In this document: positions 51,359-62,556 of the stretch, piece after piece
Numbering within the stretch: position 1 is the stretch's first letter
How the letters are laid out: each line of letters opens with the position of its first letter
From: an uncultured Methanomassiliicoccales archaeon
GTDB taxonomy: Archaea; Thermoplasmatota; Thermoplasmata; Methanomassiliicoccales; UBA472
Assembly (NCBI GenBank): GCA_963695345.1
Contig: OY968769.1
Location: 2,208,001-2,272,000 of the forward strand
Length of the DNA: 64,000 nucleotides
Direction: 5' to 3'
Position numbers and translations under genes: made by a program
The notes under the pieces: generated by a model
Database searches by the model: none
The model's input: only the letters and a program-made list of their open reading frames with translations
Told to the model about the DNA's origin: nothing

Positions 51359-53275
51359 TTGGTTTCAGCATTTTCAGAGGATAGCATGAAAATTGACATT
51401 GAAATGATCAAAGGTGTGAAGAATTGGAGATTCGATCAATGGATCTCCTATCTAGGAGTAATATTTTCGATCCCGCTGACGGCCTTCATCGTTCTCAAGA
51501 CCGCCAATATCACATATCTGACCCCCGGGGTCATCATATTCATTGTTTGTTTATACTGGATCCTGATTTGTAAAAGGGACAGCCCTGCTGAAACGAAAAC
51601 CAGGACCGAGATGCCTAACCCTCGAGCGTTCCAGGTCCTGATATCTTCATTCTTCATTCTTCTAACGATCTCGATATTGACATACTATACCCGCGCAGAG
51701 GATTATTCCAGGCCAGTATCCTTCTTCGTTCTGATCGCGTTGCTGTGGTTTGTCATATTTCTGGAGATCTTCTTTGTGCCAAGGAAATACTCCTTCCTGT
51801 TATTGATTCAAACAACAGTAATTTTCTACATGATCATTGCCTCTCAATTTGCGCTGTTTCCCGATAGCGTGGTGGGGATCGATCCGATCTACCACGAATA
51901 CATTGTAGGGCAGATAGTGAGCAATGGCCACATTCCATCCGGGGGAATGTATTCGGATATTCCTCTATTTCATCTGACTGTGGTGGCCTCCCTATTGATG
52001 ACGAACATTGCCAGCTACAGTCTGGCATCGATCGTTGTTGTGTCAATGGTGCAATTCATTGTAATTTCCATATTGATATTCAAGATATCGCTGGTATATT
52101 TGAAGGACTTCAGGATCGGTCTGCTGGCTGTCCTTTTACTTTCTGGTTCCAGTTTTGAGATCCTCTACGGTTTCCTGTCCATACCGAACACGATGGCGTC
52201 GACCATCATGTTCGTCATGGTCTATATGTTATTATTCAAAAAACAAAATGGAATGATCTTCAATATGATAGTGGTGCTGATCGCTGCTTTCTCTTTGATC
52301 GTGACCCATACCATGACATCGGTCGCATTGCTGGCATTACTGGTCATTCTATATGGATTCGACCGTAAATATATATTTGATAATCACGGTTTCAAATATA
52401 CCAAGGTCTCCTTTGGGCTGGTCATCCTGTTTCTGGTTACGATGATATCCTGGTGGAGCTATGCTTCTAAGATCGCGTTCGAGGAGATGGTCTCCCTCGT
52501 CGCATGGGGGTTGACAACGAATCCCGTCGTAGGTGAGACTGGATCGGTCACAACCCGCGTGATCATCGCCGAATCTCTCATCAATTATCTCCCGGTATTC
52601 GTTTTCTTATCGCTTTCGATTTTAGGCCTGTTGCGGTTGCTTTCGACCAAAGAAAGGAACTGGACCTTCCTGGCGATACTGGGCATCATTCCATTGGGAG
52701 TCGGAGCCGTTACGTTCGTCGCAATGCCATTCCTGGTGCCTGAGAGGTGGTGGTATCTTGCAGAGATATTCCTGGCACTGCCTTTGGCAATGTCGGTCGT
52801 GATCTTGGTCTCGAAAAGGAAGCACAGGGTAATGTCGCTGATTTTCAGCGGATCGGTGCTGTGCATACTGGTGTTGTGCGCGACGCTAAGCGTCTTCGCA
52901 AATTATGACAATCCGGTGGCCACCCCAAACACGTCATTCAGGTATGCCCTCACAACAAGCGAAATGGCGTCCCACCAGGCCCTGGAGGAGAACTACGTCA
53001 CTATCTGCACGGACAGATACTATGTATGGTGGTATGCGCCGAACGGCATCAATTCCATCGACATCGGTCATTCGATAATGACCAAGAACTTCACCGATAT
53101 CCCTGCCAATGTGCCAATCGTGGTTCGGTCGAATATCATCGACCGCACTGTATTGATCGATTCCGTTCCCCATAAGATAGATTACGATGTCTATGGCGTT
53201 CTATACGATCAAGGCTATCAGAGGACCTACAATTCCGGTAGTGTATCCACTTTCACATCGCCGAGCAGGCTATGA
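51359..53275 (+). CDS. Polytopic GT-C-like membrane protein (DUF2206-like); likely start 51386
   Basis: GIDPIYH, YSDIPLFHL, THTMTS, PERWW, YNSGSV. Confidence 0.7.
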   Translation: MVSAFSEDSMKIDIEMIKGVKNWRFDQWISYLGVIFSIPLTAFIVLKTANITYLTPGVIIFIVCLYWILICKRDSPAETKTRTEMPNPRAFQVLISSFFILLTISILTYYTRAEDYSRPVSFFVLIALLWFVIFLEIFFVPRKYSFLLLIQTTVIFYMIIASQFALFPDSVVGIDPIYHEYIVGQIVSNGHIPSGGMYSDIPLFHLTVVASLLMTNIASYSLASIVVVSMVQFIVISILIFKISLVYLKDFRIGLLAVLLLSGSSFEILYGFLSIPNTMASTIMFVMVYMLLFKKQNGMIFNMIVVLIAAFSLIVTHTMTSVALLALLVILYGFDRKYIFDNHGFKYTKVSFGLVILFLVTMISWWSYASKIAFEEMVSLVAWGLTTNPVVGETGSVTTRVIIAESLINYLPVFVFLSLSILGLLRLLSTKERNWTFLAILGIIPLGVGAVTFVAMPFLVPERWWYLAEIFLALPLAMSVVILVSKRKHRVMSLIFSGSVLCILVLCATLSVFANYDNPVATPNTSFRYALTTSEMASHQALEENYVTICTDRYYVWWYAPNGINSIDIGHSIMTKNFTDIPANVPIVVRSNIIDRTVLIDSVPHKIDYDVYGVLYDQGYQRTYNSGSVSTFTSPSRL

Positions 53276-53409
53276 GCCCCGGTTTGATAATGATACATCA
53301 CCATGATTTTTGCTGGCTCGTGGACATATCATCGGTCAGCGTGAGGCCAAGGAGGTCTGCTCGTTTTTTTGATTTTCTTTTACTTTCCGGTGTATTCTCA
53401 AGAAGGCGA

Positions 53410-54365
53410 TCAGAAAGTCTTGTACATGATAGTCCGCCATGCATGGACCAGAAGATTGAATGCCTTGAATGGTAACAACGAAAACACCAGCAAAGGAAAC
53501 CATTTTTTGATCAAAACATAAGGGTGGTTATTAAGAACCACTCTAATCGCCTCCAGATTCTGGCCAGCATAAAGTTTACGGTACGCAGCGGTTAGTTCCA
53601 AGAAGGCCAAGTATTCTTTCAGATCATTCAATTGTTGTCCGGAAACCATCCCTCTACATACGGCCTCATGGCCAGTTCTAATGAATAATGGAGATATGAT
53701 AGTTCGCGACCTCTTGTCCGATATTCGACCGCTGGCTTCAACATGGATTATGGCACCACAGGTCCAGCTGAAAGCGATATCATACTTTAACGCCACTCTT
53801 CCGAACAGATCATTGTCCCTTCCGAAATGGTCTCCACCTGGAAAAAGGCCAAATTCTTCCAATCTTTTCTTGGTCAGGCAGGTGGAAGAACAGGTCATGG
53901 TTGGGCCTTCCAGTGCAGCATTATGGAAATATCTAGGTATGTAGCCATCCCCTGGCGCTTTGGGAACGGTATTCTCATTTGGAAGTCCATTCGTTCCATC
54001 GGGCATGACGAATTCGACCGCTGTACAATAAGCACCAGCATCTGGATATCGATCTTTCAATCGAACGATGGTCTCCAGATATTGAGGGGTCCATTCATCA
54101 TCGGAATCTAAGAAAGCAATGCATTCCGCTTTTGCCAGCTTTATACCTGCGTTTCTAGCTTCCGTATCTCCGCGATTTTCCTGTTGAATGATCTTAATGC
54201 GTGAGTCCGAATCCCTTTGACAACTGCCATACCGTTATCGGTCGATCCATCATCTACCACGATAAGTTCAAAATTATCGAATGTTTGGACCAGCACTGAG
54301 GTGATGGCTCTGGCGATATAGTCCTCCCTATTATACAGGGGTATAATAACAGAGAACGCGGGCAA
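53410..54365 (-). CDS. Glycosyltransferase family 2 (frameshifted)
   Basis: [24 protein letters not shown]. Confidence 0.8.
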
Positions 54366-54680
54366 ATCTTTACATCATCCCTTATTCATTCAACATGCCA
54401 CGAGATATTTATTTCTTGACTCTTAATTGGTTGTATTTGTTACCAGTCGATTATCAACCTAATTCGACACAAGTGGATTCTAAATATTATAACAAATTGT
54501 TTATACTATTATTATCAACGTAATTGTCCGTTGCCAGTGTGACACTGGTTGCCCAATTGCCTGGAAATCCTACTCTGCCCATCATCGTCAACATAAACGA
54601 TTGAGGGAATCTTAGGACTTAGGAAGAATTCCTAGGCCGATCTTAATGTTCAGTGTGCTGGCCTGACATGGACCGTTTCT

Positions 54681-55811
54681 TCATATACCCGCAGGGTCGC
54701 CTCGGCCACCCGGTCCCAGGAAAGCATCAGTTCGCTGAGGCGCAGGTTCTCCCTCGCCAGGACAGTTCTCTTGGCAGGGTCGAGCAGCAGTTGGATCATG
54801 CGGGAGGCCAAGCTCGTCCGGGTCATTCGGGGCTACCAGCTCTTCCTCCACGCCAATCACTTCAGGTATGGCACCGACACGCGATGCCAGCACGGCACAT
54901 CCCGCCTGCATGGCGTCGACCACGGTGAAACCGTACCCTTCGAGCCTGGAAGGCACTATGCACAGGTCGGCGACGCCGTACAGGGCGTTCAGGCGCTCCC
55001 TCGTAACGAAATCCGTGAAGACCACCCGGTCGCCCATCCCAGCCCGCTCCATTCGGTCCTTCAACTCGGCCACGTTACCTTTTCCGACCACAACGAGTTT
55101 GGCGGTCGTGGACTCGGCAACCTTGGGAAAAGCCTCCAAGAGAACATCCAGTCCCTTGCGGGGATCGTCCAGCCTACCGACGAAGAGGACTATCGGAGAT
55201 ATGCCGCCAAGAGCATTGCGCTCCGCCTCGACCGATTCCTGGGGCGGTATCGTCCTTTGGTCCATTCCGTCGGGGATGACAGATATCTTGGATGGGTTGG
55301 CCTGATAGTGCAATACCAATCGGTCCTTGGTGAATTGACTCACGGAAACGATGTGTTGACTTTTCCTTACCGCCTTTTTCTCCACCATGGACATGAGGAT
55401 GCTCTCCTCCGCGCCCATCCTCACCATCCGTTGGAATGTTCCAAGATCGGAGACCTCGGCCGCATCCCGGACCGAATGATGGGCGGTCAGGACCACAGGG
55501 GTCTGGGCCAGGCGTCTGAGGAACCAGTAGGAGAGCCCGTTGACGTGGACGACATCGAACTTACCCGATGCCTCTTCGGACCTTATCGCCCTCGGCAGGT
55601 CCATCCAGAAACGCATGGTGCTCTTATCTCCATCCTTGGAGTAATCGCTGATCTTTATGCCCGGTACGTACGCGCCCTTACATTCCTGGGGCGTGAAGAT
55701 GACCAGCTCATGTCCTTTGGCCGCCAAGGCCTCGGTCAACCGATAGGCGTAATGCCCCGCGCCACCCCTGATCCTGGGGGGATATTCAGCCGTCACGAAT
55801 GCGATTCGCAT
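54681..55811 (-). CDS. Glycosyltransferase family 4 (3' end frameshifted)
   Basis: TAEYPP..GG, FVGRL..RKG, EGYGFTVVDAMQAG. Confidence 0.85.
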   Translation of the reverse strand: MRIAFVTAEYPPRIRGGAGHYAYRLTEALAAKGHELVIFTPQECKGAYVPGIKISDYSKDGDKSTMRFWMDLPRAIRSEEASGKFDVVHVNGLSYWFLRRLAQTPVVLTAHHSVRDAAEVSDLGTFQRMVRMGAEESILMSMVEKKAVRKSQHIVSVSQFTKDRLVLHYQANPSKISVIPDGMDQRTIPPQESVEAERNALGGISPIVLFVGRLDDPRKGLDVLLEAFPKVAESTTAKLVVVGKGNVAELKDRMERAGMGDRVVFTDFVTRERLNALYGVADLCIVPSRLEGYGFTVVDAMQAGCAVLASRVGAIPEVIGVEEELVAPNDPDELGLPHDPTAARPCQENCPGEGEPAPQRTDAFLGPGGRGDPAGI

Positions 55812-56923
55812 AGGTCTCCTCGAACCTCCTCACGATCTTTTCCTCGTTAAGTTCGTTCGCCACGAATCTATGTCCCTTCGCGGCGAGAACATCCATCTCA
55901 TCCGGTGACATCATCGCTTTTCCCATGGCTTCGGCCAAGGCCATCTCATCTCCGTAGGGTACGACCAGGCCGCACCCCTCCCTCTCGATGATCTCCCCGC
56001 AACCGGTACCGGAACAGACAATGACCGGGATATCACAGAGCAATGCCTCGAACGGCACCAGCCCGAATGCTTCATAGGGGGACGGGTACACCAGGAGATC
56101 GGCGTCCTGATAGGCGGAAGCCACATCACTGATGTTGTCCGGGAAAACGACCGATCCTCCGAGCTCCAGCTTTGCGGCCTCGGCCTCTAGCTCTTTGCGG
56201 TGACCGCCCTCATCGGGTCCGATGATCACCAAAGAGCAGGTCGGTTCTGTTCTCCAGTCTCCGGTAAGAATTGAGCAGGAAGATCAGGCCCTTCAGGCGG
56301 CTTACTCGACCCAGATAGAGGATGATCTTGCGATCGCCCGCGCCAACATTACTTCGGAAAGTACCAACGGGCGAGGTGGTCTTCCTCTCCCTGACCACAT
56401 TGGGAACTATCTCCACCTGGGAGGGGAGCGCTCCCAACTTGACGTACATGGCCTTTTCAGATTCGGACAGGGCGACGAGGCATGACGCGTCCCGGATTAT
56501 GCCCTTCCCCCAAACCCGGTCATAGAGCACCTTAATGGTTCTCTTGCCCAGATCTACAGGCAGCGAACCGTGGGCCTGCAATAGGTAAGGCGTCTCCGAT
56601 CGCTGACATCGTTTCCGGACCAGGATGTTCTGATAGGTCCGGTAGTTATGGGCATGGACCAGATCGAAATCATCGATCCTTTCCTTGAGCCAAGAGCCCA
56701 TCTCGGGCGTGTACTGCAGCACGCCGGCATTGGCCTTGCAGCGGAACGGTATCACATCGACGCCCGGAATGGAATGTGCGAACTCGCTGTCAAAATTGAA
56801 GTCAGTGGTGACCACCGTGATATCATGGCCCTTCTGTTGCAGTGCCTTGATAAGGTTGTACGGAGCGATGACCGATCCACCCATGTTGGGCGAATAGTAT
56901 TGCATCACCTGTAAGATCCGCAT
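55786..56923 (-). CDS. Glycosyltransferase family 4 (frameshift ~56230)
   Basis: AHGSL, YLGRV..KG, GPDEG, EAFGLVPFEA. Confidence 0.85.
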
Positions 56924-57118
56924 CTATCGCCTCATAATCCCTGATTCAGTGCTTGCCCGCATCCGATCATTGGCCATCATCCGAACTTGATGTGCCTAAT
57001 CATACGATTTCGTTATAATATGTTTCCGATTTCGGTATCTCGGGCGATCTTTTTGGTGGACGATCGAGAGTTGCGATGATAAGATTATCAACTATCAGGA
57101 AATATTATCTAACCAAGT

Positions 57119-58315
57119 GTGTCGACCGTGAAATTGCTGGTAATCCAAGAATCGGATTGGACGGGTGTGGGATCTCACGACACCCACCATCTCTTCGAGA
57201 GGCTGTCACTCAAGGATAACGAGATCAGGGTCATCGATTTCGAGATCCGATGGCAGAAGTCGAAGAGCTCGAAGTACTTGAGCAGGAGAACGGTCACCGA
57301 CAACACCGCCAGGCTCTATCCAGGGGCGAAAGTGACCCTCATCCGGCCATCGATGATACGTCTGCCGATCCTCGACTACCTGTCCATCACCTTGACCCAC
57401 AGGAAGGAGATCGCCAGGCAGATCAGGGAATTCAAGCCGGACATCATCATCGGCCTGGGAATCATCAACGCCTCCATTGCCCGGCAATCCGCCCGGGCCA
57501 ACAATATCCCGTTCTTCTATTACTTGCTGGACGAGGTGCACCTGCTGATACCCCAGAGAGTCCTCCAGGGGATCGGAAAGGTGCTGGAATCGGAGAACAT
57601 CAGGAACGCCGACAAGGTATTGGTCACCAATTCGGCGATGAAGGAATACGCGATCGGCATGGGTTCGAGTGCGGAGAGGACCGAGATCATACGCCACGGT
57701 GTCAACCTGGACAAGTTCCGTAGTGCCGTAGGGACCCGTGTCCGGGAAGAGCTTCACTTTGCCGAAAGCGACGTGGTCCTCCTATTCATGGGCTGGCTGT
57801 ACACGTTCTCGGGAATGAAGGAGGTGGCGGAGGGGTTGCTGAAACAGCCCAATCCGAACATCAAGCTGATGCTGATAGGGAAGGGGGAGCTCCTCGAGGA
57901 CCTGAAACGGATGGCCTCGACCAACGAACGGATCGTGGTGGTGGATTGGGTGGACCACGGGAAGATCCCGGAATACGTCGCCGCCTCGGACATCTGCCTT
58001 TTACCCTGCCAAGATGTCCCCGTCATGAAGAGGATCATCCCCATCAAGGTGATCGAGTACCTGGCGTCCGGAAAACCGGTCATCGCCTCCTCCATGGAAG
58101 GACTGGTCAAGGAGTTCGGCGACAGCTCCGGGGTGGTCTTCATCGACGATCCCTCCCAGGTCTTCGCGAAAACGGAGGAGATCCTCAGCGCATCCAATAT
58201 GGAGAGGTCGAAGAAGGCCGCAATAAGATACTCGGATTCGTGCGACTGGTCGCACATCTACGACAATTTCGAGGACCTATTGATCAGGTCGATGGCGGAA
58301 AGGAACTCCCGCTGA
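57119..58315 (+). CDS. Glycosyltransferase family 4 (paralog of 25481-26671)
   Basis: QESDW, FMGWLYTFSG, PIKVIEYLASGK. Confidence 0.9.
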   Translation: MSTVKLLVIQESDWTGVGSHDTHHLFERLSLKDNEIRVIDFEIRWQKSKSSKYLSRRTVTDNTARLYPGAKVTLIRPSMIRLPILDYLSITLTHRKEIARQIREFKPDIIIGLGIINASIARQSARANNIPFFYYLLDEVHLLIPQRVLQGIGKVLESENIRNADKVLVTNSAMKEYAIGMGSSAERTEIIRHGVNLDKFRSAVGTRVREELHFAESDVVLLFMGWLYTFSGMKEVAEGLLKQPNPNIKLMLIGKGELLEDLKRMASTNERIVVVDWVDHGKIPEYVAASDICLLPCQDVPVMKRIIPIKVIEYLASGKPVIASSMEGLVKEFGDSSGVVFIDDPSQVFAKTEEILSASNMERSKKAAIRYSDSCDWSHIYDNFEDLLIRSMAERNSR

Positions 58316-58322
58316 ACCGTGG

Positions 58323-59456
58323 TCAATGTCCCTTGTGATGCCAGGTCCTGGCGTTCACGACCTTGGAATAGCCGAGGACCAGCTTGGCGACGATCTCCGA
58401 CACGTTATCGACATGGTATTCCCTGAGCAATTTCGTACGTTCCCTTCCGTTCGTTTCGACGGACATTTCGATCGATCTTAGGATGGACCGGCTGTCGATA
58501 CCTCCGAGCACGATGGTGCCCTGCTCAAGTGCCTCGGGACGCTCCATCGAGGTGCGCATCGAGACCGCCGGGAAATCGAGCATGTAGGATTCCTCCGGGA
58601 TCGTCCCCGAATCAGAGAGCACGCAATAGGCCTTGGACTGCAGTTTGCAGTAATCGGAGAACCCGAACGGCTCAAGGTTTCTCACCAACGGGTGGAAATG
58701 GATACCCTTCTCGATTATCTTCTTCATGGTGCGGGGGTGCGTCGAGAATATCACCGGAAAACCGTATGTCTCCGCCACCTGGTTGATCGAAGAGACCAAT
58801 TCCATCAATTTTTCATCGATGTCCAGGTTCTCCTCCCGGTGCATGCTGACCAAGAAGAACTCCTTCTCCCGCAGGCCCAGTTTCTCGACTACGGTCGAGG
58901 AAGCGATCTTGGCCTCATTGGCCCTGATGACCTCGTACATGGGCGACCCGGTAACGAACACCGTGTCCTTGTTCATGCCCTCGGAGATCAGGTATCGGCG
59001 GCTGTGCTCGGTGTAGGGAAGGTTCACATCCGAGAGATGGTCCACCACCTTCCGGTTGACCTCCTCCGGGACGTTCATGTCAAAGCAGCGGTTCCCCGCC
59101 TCCATGTGGAAGATCGGTATCTTGAGTCGTTTCGCGGAATACGCCGCCAGGCTGCTGTTGGTATCGCCCAGTATCAATACCGCTTCGGGCGATTCCCTCT
59201 GCATGACGTCGTACGAACGGGAGATCACGTTCCCCACGGTCTCCCCCAGGTTCTTCCCCGGGGTCTCCAGGAAGTAGTCCGGCCTTCTTATACCCAGCTC
59301 CTCGAAGAAGATGTCGTTGAGCTTGGGGTCGTAGTTCTGTCCGGTATGGACCAGGACATGGTCGAACTGTCTATCGAACAATTTGATGATCTCGGACAGC
59401 CGAATGATCTCCGGCCTGGTTCCGACGATGGTCATTACCTTCATCTTGCTGCTCAT
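58323..59456 (-). CDS. UDP-2-acetamido-2,6-dideoxy-L-hexose 2-epimerase (WbjD/FnlC/CapG type)
   Basis: VGTRPEIIRLS, HTGQNYD, HMEAGNRCFD..PEE.NR, SDSGTI.EES. Confidence 0.88.
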   Translation of the reverse strand: MSSKMKVMTIVGTRPEIIRLSEIIKLFDRQFDHVLVHTGQNYDPKLNDIFFEELGIRRPDYFLETPGKNLGETVGNVISRSYDVMQRESPEAVLILGDTNSSLAAYSAKRLKIPIFHMEAGNRCFDMNVPEEVNRKVVDHLSDVNLPYTEHSRRYLISEGMNKDTVFVTGSPMYEVIRANEAKIASSTVVEKLGLREKEFFLVSMHREENLDIDEKLMELVSSINQVAETYGFPVIFSTHPRTMKKIIEKGIHFHPLVRNLEPFGFSDYCKLQSKAYCVLSDSGTIPEESYMLDFPAVSMRTSMERPEALEQGTIVLGGIDSRSILRSIEMSVETNGRERTKLLREYHVDNVSEIVAKLVLGYSKVVNARTWHHKGH

Positions 59457-59465
59457 TCACAGGCC

Positions 59466-60338
59466 TCATTGATAGTGGGAATACCATTCTGGATGCTGGT
59501 TCATCCATTCGTGCATGGAAGCGATCTGCGACCGGTAGTCCTTGGGCACGAAACCCAGGTCCTCCGAGGGGATGAGCCTTTTGTCCGCGTTCGCACCGTC
59601 CACGCTACTAATCACGACATCCCTGGCGAACTCATCCTGGAACATCCTCAACAGGTCCAGTTTCGAAATCCCACCGGGAACCGAGAAATGCACCAGTCCA
59701 TTCGGTGTGGAACTGGATATGATCACATGTTCAATATATTTTGCCAGCTCCGTGGTCATCACTCCCGACCACATCGCTCTCGGATAGCCGGTCACGTTCC
59801 CCCGCTGGCTCATGAACCAGTGGAACAGTCCGGTGCCGTTGATCTTGAGCTCGGGGCCGGTTATGGAGGTGCGGATGGTGACATCCCTCTCATTGACGAC
59901 CTCGCCCAGCGCCTTGGTCCGGTCGTACGCGCTGTCCCCATCGCGGAAATCCATCGTACCATAGGGGCCGTTCCTGCCGGAGAAGACGCAGTCAGTGCTG
60001 AGATGAACCAGCCTTCCGCCGTACCGGTCGCACAATGACACAAGATGATATGGCAACAGGCTGTTGACCTCGATCGCTCTCTTTGTGTCCTTCTCCGCCT
60101 CCCTGATCAAAACCCCGACGCAGTTAACGATCACGTCGGGCAAGAGCTCCGCCACCGCTTTCTCCAACAACTCATGGTCGGTGGCATCGATCGTTATCGT
60201 CCTTTCGTTGAACCTGCTCCTTGAGTAGTTGCTGACGGCGAGGGAAGGGTTGGCCTCCAGACAGGCGGTGACCACGTGCCCGGCCATTCCGGTCGAGCCG
60301 AGGACCATCACCTTGGTCTTATCCTCACATCTTCTCAT
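59466..60338 (-). CDS. RmlD-like NDP-4-keto-6-deoxyhexose reductase
   Basis: GSTGMAGH, HLSTDCVFSG, YDRTKALGE, RTSITGPE. Confidence 0.85.
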   Translation of the reverse strand: MRRCEDKTKVMVLGSTGMAGHVVTACLEANPSLAVSNYSRSRFNERTITIDATDHELLEKAVAELLPDVIVNCVGVLIREAEKDTKRAIEVNSLLPYHLVSLCDRYGGRLVHLSTDCVFSGRNGPYGTMDFRDGDSAYDRTKALGEVVNERDVTIRTSITGPELKINGTGLFHWFMSQRGNVTGYPRAMWSGVMTTELAKYIEHVIISSSTPNGLVHFSVPGGISKLDLLRMFQDEFARDVVISSVDGANADKRLIPSEDLGFVPKDYRSQIASMHEWMNQHPEWYSHYQ

Positions 60339-61332
60339 GCAGTTCTCCCAGTTTCTCTAGCAGGGCCACAGTGCCATCGACGTCCAGTTGTTCGGTGTTG
60401 TCCGAATTGTACTCCTGTGCGTTCTCGACATCGTGGCTCCCCTTCTCGAAGTACTTCTCGTAGTTGAGGTCACGGTTGTCTGCGGCGATCTGGAAATAGT
60501 TGCCCATGTCGTTGGCCCAGGTCATTTCCTCCCGGGTGATCAGGGTCTCGTACAGCTTCTCCCCGTGCCGGGTGCCGATGATCTGCTTCGCGACCTTCTT
60601 TCCCTTGAAACGCATGATCGCCTCGGCAAGCACATCTATGGTGCATGCCGGGGCCTTCTGCACGAAGATGTCGCCCTGCTCACCATGGTCGAACGCGAAG
60701 ACCACCAGGTCGACCGCGTCGTCAAGGCTCATCATGAAGCGGGTCATCTTCGGGTCGGTGATGGTGACGGGGCCGCCCCTTTCGATCTGATGATTGAACA
60801 GCGGGATCACAGAACCGCGGCTGGCCATGACATTGCCGTATCGGGTGATGCTCAGCAACGGTCCGCCGTTACCAACGACCCTGCTTCTGGCGATCACGTT
60901 CTTCTCCATCAGGGCCTTGGACATGCCCATGGCACTGATCGGGTAGGCCGCCTTGTCGGTGCTCAGGAATATCGCTTTCTTGACGTCGTGGTGTATGCAC
61001 TGGTTGATCACGTTGTCCGACCCGTAGACGTTGGTCTTGACGGCTTCCAGGGGGAAGAACTCGCAGGAGGGTATCTGCTTCAGCGCGGCCGCGTGGAACA
61101 CATAGTCCACGCCATTGAACGTATCACGAATAGACGATTCGTCGCGGACATTGCCGATGTAGAATTTGATCTTGGAATCCCGGTAATGCTTCCGCATGTC
61201 GTCCTGTTTCTTCTCGTCCCTCGATACGATTCTTATCTCCTCGATGTCCGTCTTGATAAAACGCCTTAGGACAGCGTTTCCAAATGACCCTGTTCCTCCG
61301 GTGATTAGTAGGACTTTATTCTTGAGATCCAT
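60325..61332 (-). CDS. UDP-GlcNAc 4,6-dehydratase/5-epimerase (WbjB/FnlA/CapE type)
   Basis: ITGGTGSFG, SRDEKKQDDMR, HAAALKQIPSCEFFP, TRYGNVMASRGSVIPLF, GTRHGEK. Confidence 0.92.
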   Translation of the reverse strand: MDLKNKVLLITGGTGSFGNAVLRRFIKTDIEEIRIVSRDEKKQDDMRKHYRDSKIKFYIGNVRDESSIRDTFNGVDYVFHAAALKQIPSCEFFPLEAVKTNVYGSDNVINQCIHHDVKKAIFLSTDKAAYPISAMGMSKALMEKNVIARSRVVGNGGPLLSITRYGNVMASRGSVIPLFNHQIERGGPVTITDPKMTRFMMSLDDAVDLVVFAFDHGEQGDIFVQKAPACTIDVLAEAIMRFKGKKVAKQIIGTRHGEKLYETLITREEMTWANDMGNYFQIAADNRDLNYEKYFEKGSHDVENAQEYNSDNTEQLDVDGTVALLEKLGELHEKM

Positions 61333-61529
61333 TTGGCGACCTTCCGATATCTTGCTCGGGAAAACAACTCAGCATCAAGTATTTATGGATGTTTTCGTTA
61401 ATATTGGCTTTGGGAACGTCTTTCCATTGCGCAGTATTTGATCCCAATCTCAGTGGAATGCTCTTTTCATGATTTTCAGTTCAATTAAAATACGCTCGGC
61501 TCAAATCCATCGGTCAAGGTCGATCCTCC

Positions 61530-62554
61530 ATGGCCGACATCATCACCGTCAAGAATCTCGTCAAGCTCTACGACCCGGACATTCGCGCGGTCGACGACAT
61601 ATCATTCGCCGTCGCCGAGGGCGAGATCTTCGGCTTCCTCGGACCGAACGGCGCGGGCAAGAGCACGGCCATCAAGATCCTGACCACCCTGCTCAAGAGG
61701 ACCTCCGGCGACGTCAGGATCAAAGGCTTCGACATTGAGGACGACGCTCGGGAGATACGCAACCTCATCGGCTACGCCTCGCAGGAGATCGGCATCGACA
61801 CTCGACCTCACCGGCCGGGAGAACATCTACCTGCAATGCCGCTTCTATCACATCCCCAAGGACAAGGCGCAGCAGAAGACGAACGAACTTCTCAGGACCG
61901 TCGGTCTGACCGACGTCGCCGACCGCCTCGCCGGCACCTACTCCGGCGGAATGAAACGCCGTCTCGATCTGGCCACCGCCCTGGTCTCCGACCCGGCGAT
62001 TCTGTTCCTGGACGAGCCGACGACCGGTCTCGACCCCCAATCGAGCGCGGGCGATCTGGGACCACATCCGCGACCTGAACCGCAAAGGGCACGACCATCT
62101 TCCTCACCACCCAGTACATGGAGGAGGCGGACCAGCTGGCTCACCGTCTCTGCATCATCGACAACGGCAAGATCGTCGCCGAGGGCGAACCGGGCAAGCT
62201 CAAGGGCGCAGATCGGCGCTGACATGATCAAGCTGGTGGTAAGGAACGGCGATGACCCGAAGCGTCATGAGCAGGGCGATGGAGATTGTGAGGCAGCTCC
62301 CGGGCGTCAAGGAGGTGCAGGACTGCGCCAAGGGAGGGATCGACTGCAGCGAAGGCGTCGTGATCTACGGCGCCGACGGTAGCAACCTGGTCCCGCTGAT
62401 CGTCCGCTCGCTCGACAGCGTACACATCGAGATCGACAACTTGGTGCTGGCCAAACCGTCACTGGACGACGTTTTCATCAGGTTCACCGGTAGGCAGCTC
62501 CGCACCGACCTGCAGAAGCTACCGCCGAAGGCCGGTTTCCACCGGAGGCGCTAG
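61530..62554 (+). CDS. ABC exporter ATP-binding subunit (DrrA-like), frameshifted
   Basis: Walker [30 protein letters not shown]-terminal PSLDDVF..FTG. Confidence 0.9.
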
Positions 62555-62556
62555 CG

